This document shows positions 61,944 through 64,000 of a DNA stretch of 64,000 nucleotides, one piece after another. Under the pieces are notes generated by a model. The model did no database searches, was not told the DNA's origin, and worked only from the letters and a program-made list of their open reading frames with translations. Each line of letters starts with the position of its first letter. Position 1 is the first letter of the stretch. The DNA lies in assembly GCA_963734495.1 (NCBI GenBank), contig CAVTHK010000011.1, forward strand, positions 704,001-768,000, given 5' to 3'. The translations under genes and the position numbers were made by a program. Source of the stretch: an uncultured Spirochaetota bacterium (GTDB lineage: Bacteria; Spirochaetota; Spirochaetia; SZUA-6; CAVTHK01).

Positions 61944-61968
61944 CCCGCGGGCCGGGCGTCCGACGGCG

Positions 61969-63984
61969 TCAGTCGACGTACAGGTGCGTGCGACGGGCAA
62001 TCTTCGTGTGGCTCCACCAGTGCTTGAGCCACGGCATCACCCAGTAGTCGAGGCTCAGGGTCCGTCCGGCTCCGCCCATAATGGCGATTGCCGCGAAAAA
62101 GTACCAGAGGATCTCCCAGCCCGCCATGGACGAGACCGTGAACATCACGCAGAGCACCAGCGACACGGCGGCGGCCGGAAACGTGAGCAGGCCGCCGATG
62201 AGCGCCAGCCCGATCGCCGTCTCCGCGAGCACGACCCCCGCCTGGAAGAGGTATGGGAAGAGGGTGATGATGTGGTCGGCGAACCAGGTGTAGATCCCGA
62301 GCGGCTTCGCCAGGATCGGAATGATCTGCGCCGCCGCCCCGGCGGCCGTCGCCGCTGCGGCGCCTGTAGCCGCGGTGACCGCGTCCGCGGCCGGCGCCGC
62401 GGCCTGGGCCGCGGCCCCCGTCGCCGCGCTGGTCGCCTCGGCGCCGCCGGCAGCGGCCGCGCCCGTGGCGGCCGACACCGCCGACGCCGCGATGATCTTG
62501 ATGTTGGCGGGATCGAGCCACCCGCCGAGGATCTTGGTGACGCCTTCGATGAGCCACTTGGCGCCCACGAAGATGCGCAGGGGGAAGAGCCAGAAGGCCC
62601 CCGCCTTGGCCGCCGCCAGCCCCCCGATCAGGGAGCGGCGGTCCGGGATCTCGAAGAACTGGTCGCGCACGTAGCTCCACACCGTGTTCAGGCCGCCCAT
62701 GCCCCACAGGTAGTGGACGTTCACGAGGTGCTTCATGGCCATGGCGGGGAAGCCCCACAGCGGGACGCCCGCCAGGTGCGCCACGGCGTACCGGCTGCCG
62801 ATCGAGACCATGTGGCCGTGGTAGTTGCTTCGGAACTGCTTCTTCTCCTCGCCCGTCGTGTCCGCGATGATGTTGTGGACGGCGATCTCGGCAGACTGGA
62901 TGGCGGTCTCGACGATCTGCGGGACCGGCTTGGTGTTCTTGAACTCCGTGTGGTTTTCCACGTAGTACATGTTGTCGCCGATGAGGTAGACGTTGTCGTA
63001 GTCCACGGACTGCATGAAGTCGTTGGCCAGCAGCCGTCCCCTCTTGCCGTTGACGTGCCGCGTCTCTATGGCGTAGCGGCTCACGTACTGGCACTCGCGC
63101 AGCCCGCAGCTCCCTTTGGCCTTCGCGATCTCGCAGTGGGGGTTGGTGCACCGGCCCTTGGTCAGGTCCAGGTTGGCCGCGAACTCGCTTCCCATCACTC
63201 CGCAGGTCCAGACCACGGTCTCGCTCTTGAGGACCTCGCCGTCGGCAAAGGCGACCTCGCCGGCCTTGCACTCGACGATGGCCTTGCGCAGCATGATCTC
63301 CGTGCCGTGGCGCTGCAGGTAGCGGGTGGCGCGGGCCTGCAGCTTCGGCGGCAGGATCGGCAGCACGCTCGGCAGCGCCTCGACGAGCAGGATGCGGACC
63401 TCCTGGCGCGGGATGCCGTACAGGCGGCACAGCTTGGCGCGCCACTCGATCAGCTCCCCGATCATCTCGACGCCCGTAAAGCCCGCCCCGGCCACGACGA
63501 ACGTGAGCAGCGCGCGGCGCTTGTTCGGGTCGGTCTCCTTGGAGGCCCGGTGATAGACCTCGCGGATGTGATCGCGGAGCCGGACCGCGTCCTCCATCGA
63601 CCAGAGGGCGAAGGAGTGCTCGGCCACGCCCGGCAGGTTGAAGGTCTCGGGCTCGCCGCCCGAAGCGAGAACGAGGTAGTCGTAGGCGTACTCGTGCTCG
63701 GGAGAGCGCGCGATCCGCGACTCGAAATCGATCTTGTCGATGCGGTCGAGGACGACCCGGACCTTTCCGTTCGGGAAGAGGCTCTCGAAGGGCACGCGGA
63801 CGGCGAAGGATTCGACCCGGCCCCCCGCCACTTCGTGCAGCTCCGTCATGAGCGTGTGGTACGGCTTCTTGTCGACCAGTGTGATCTCGAGCTCACCCTT
63901 CCTGCTGCGCTTCTCCAGCCTGTGCGCCGCTTCGACGCCCGCGTAACCACCGCCGATGATCAAAACCCGTTTCGCGCAATCCAT
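61969..63984 (-). CDS. ndh: Type II NADH dehydrogenase (Ndh2) with C-terminal DoxX-like membrane domain
   Basis: GGGYAG, GAGFTGVE, IGD; C-terminal TM region ending GGAGRTLSLDYW. Confidence 0.9.
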   Translation of the reverse strand: MDCAKRVLIIGGGYAGVEAAHRLEKRSRKGELEITLVDKKPYHTLMTELHEVAGGRVESFAVRVPFESLFPNGKVRVVLDRIDKIDFESRIARSPEHEYAYDYLVLASGGEPETFNLPGVAEHSFALWSMEDAVRLRDHIREVYHRASKETDPNKRRALLTFVVAGAGFTGVEMIGELIEWRAKLCRLYGIPRQEVRILLVEALPSVLPILPPKLQARATRYLQRHGTEIMLRKAIVECKAGEVAFADGEVLKSETVVWTCGVMGSEFAANLDLTKGRCTNPHCEIAKAKGSCGLRECQYVSRYAIETRHVNGKRGRLLANDFMQSVDYDNVYLIGDNMYYVENHTEFKNTKPVPQIVETAIQSAEIAVHNIIADTTGEEKKQFRSNYHGHMVSIGSRYAVAHLAGVPLWGFPAMAMKHLVNVHYLWGMGGLNTVWSYVRDQFFEIPDRRSLIGGLAAAKAGAFWLFPLRIFVGAKWLIEGVTKILGGWLDPANIKIIAASAVSAATGAAAAGGAEATSAATGAAAQAAAPAADAVTAATGAAAATAAGAAAQIIPILAKPLGIYTWFADHIITLFPYLFQAGVVLAETAIGLALIGGLLTFPAAAVSLVLCVMFTVSSMAGWEILWYFFAAIAIMGGAGRTLSLDYWVMPWLKHWWSHTKIARRTHLYVD

Positions 63985-64000
63985 GTGTGTGCTCCCAAGG

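Noticed and set aside
62325-62490. GC-rich repeats as a CRISPR or non-coding array
   Set aside because: They are in-frame Ala-rich coding repeats in ndh; no repeat-spacer structure or cas genes in the window.

Overview
A very GC-rich bacterial window, probably from a Spirochaetota genome (inferred from the spirochete-style 'AFAGG' sugar-binding-protein leader and the style of several conserved hypotheticals). It is mostly housekeeping and metabolic genes: glyA, purF-like, dacA, truD, pepF, cutA, rsmE, rsmI, nadA/nadC/nadB, hppA, BtuFCD-like and sugar ABC transporters. I found no CRISPR array, tRNA or rRNA. Many genes carry frameshifts, clustered at about 10.3-13.9 kb and 51.8-53.1 kb, which look like assembly indels. 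Highlights: (1) an RNA-modification neighbourhood with two ArmA/Rmt/FmrO-family (16S m7G1405-type) methyltransferase paralogs, one overlapping rsmI and one overlapping an atypical tRNA-guanine transglycosylase with a remodelled base-recognition loop; (2) a flavin-based extracellular electron transfer-like operon (Ndh2 with a Cys4 insert and three tandem candidate flavinylation motifs, polyprenyl synthase, ApbE); (3) a 3.3-kb island bounded by ~68-bp inverted repeats carrying a dead tyrosine recombinase and a HigBA-like TA pair; (4) an octaheme lipoprotein cytochrome, and a heme-c-sensor adenylate cyclase coupled to a tiny CxxCH ORF; (5) a LacI-controlled sugar ABC locus flanked by two RraA-family paralogs.
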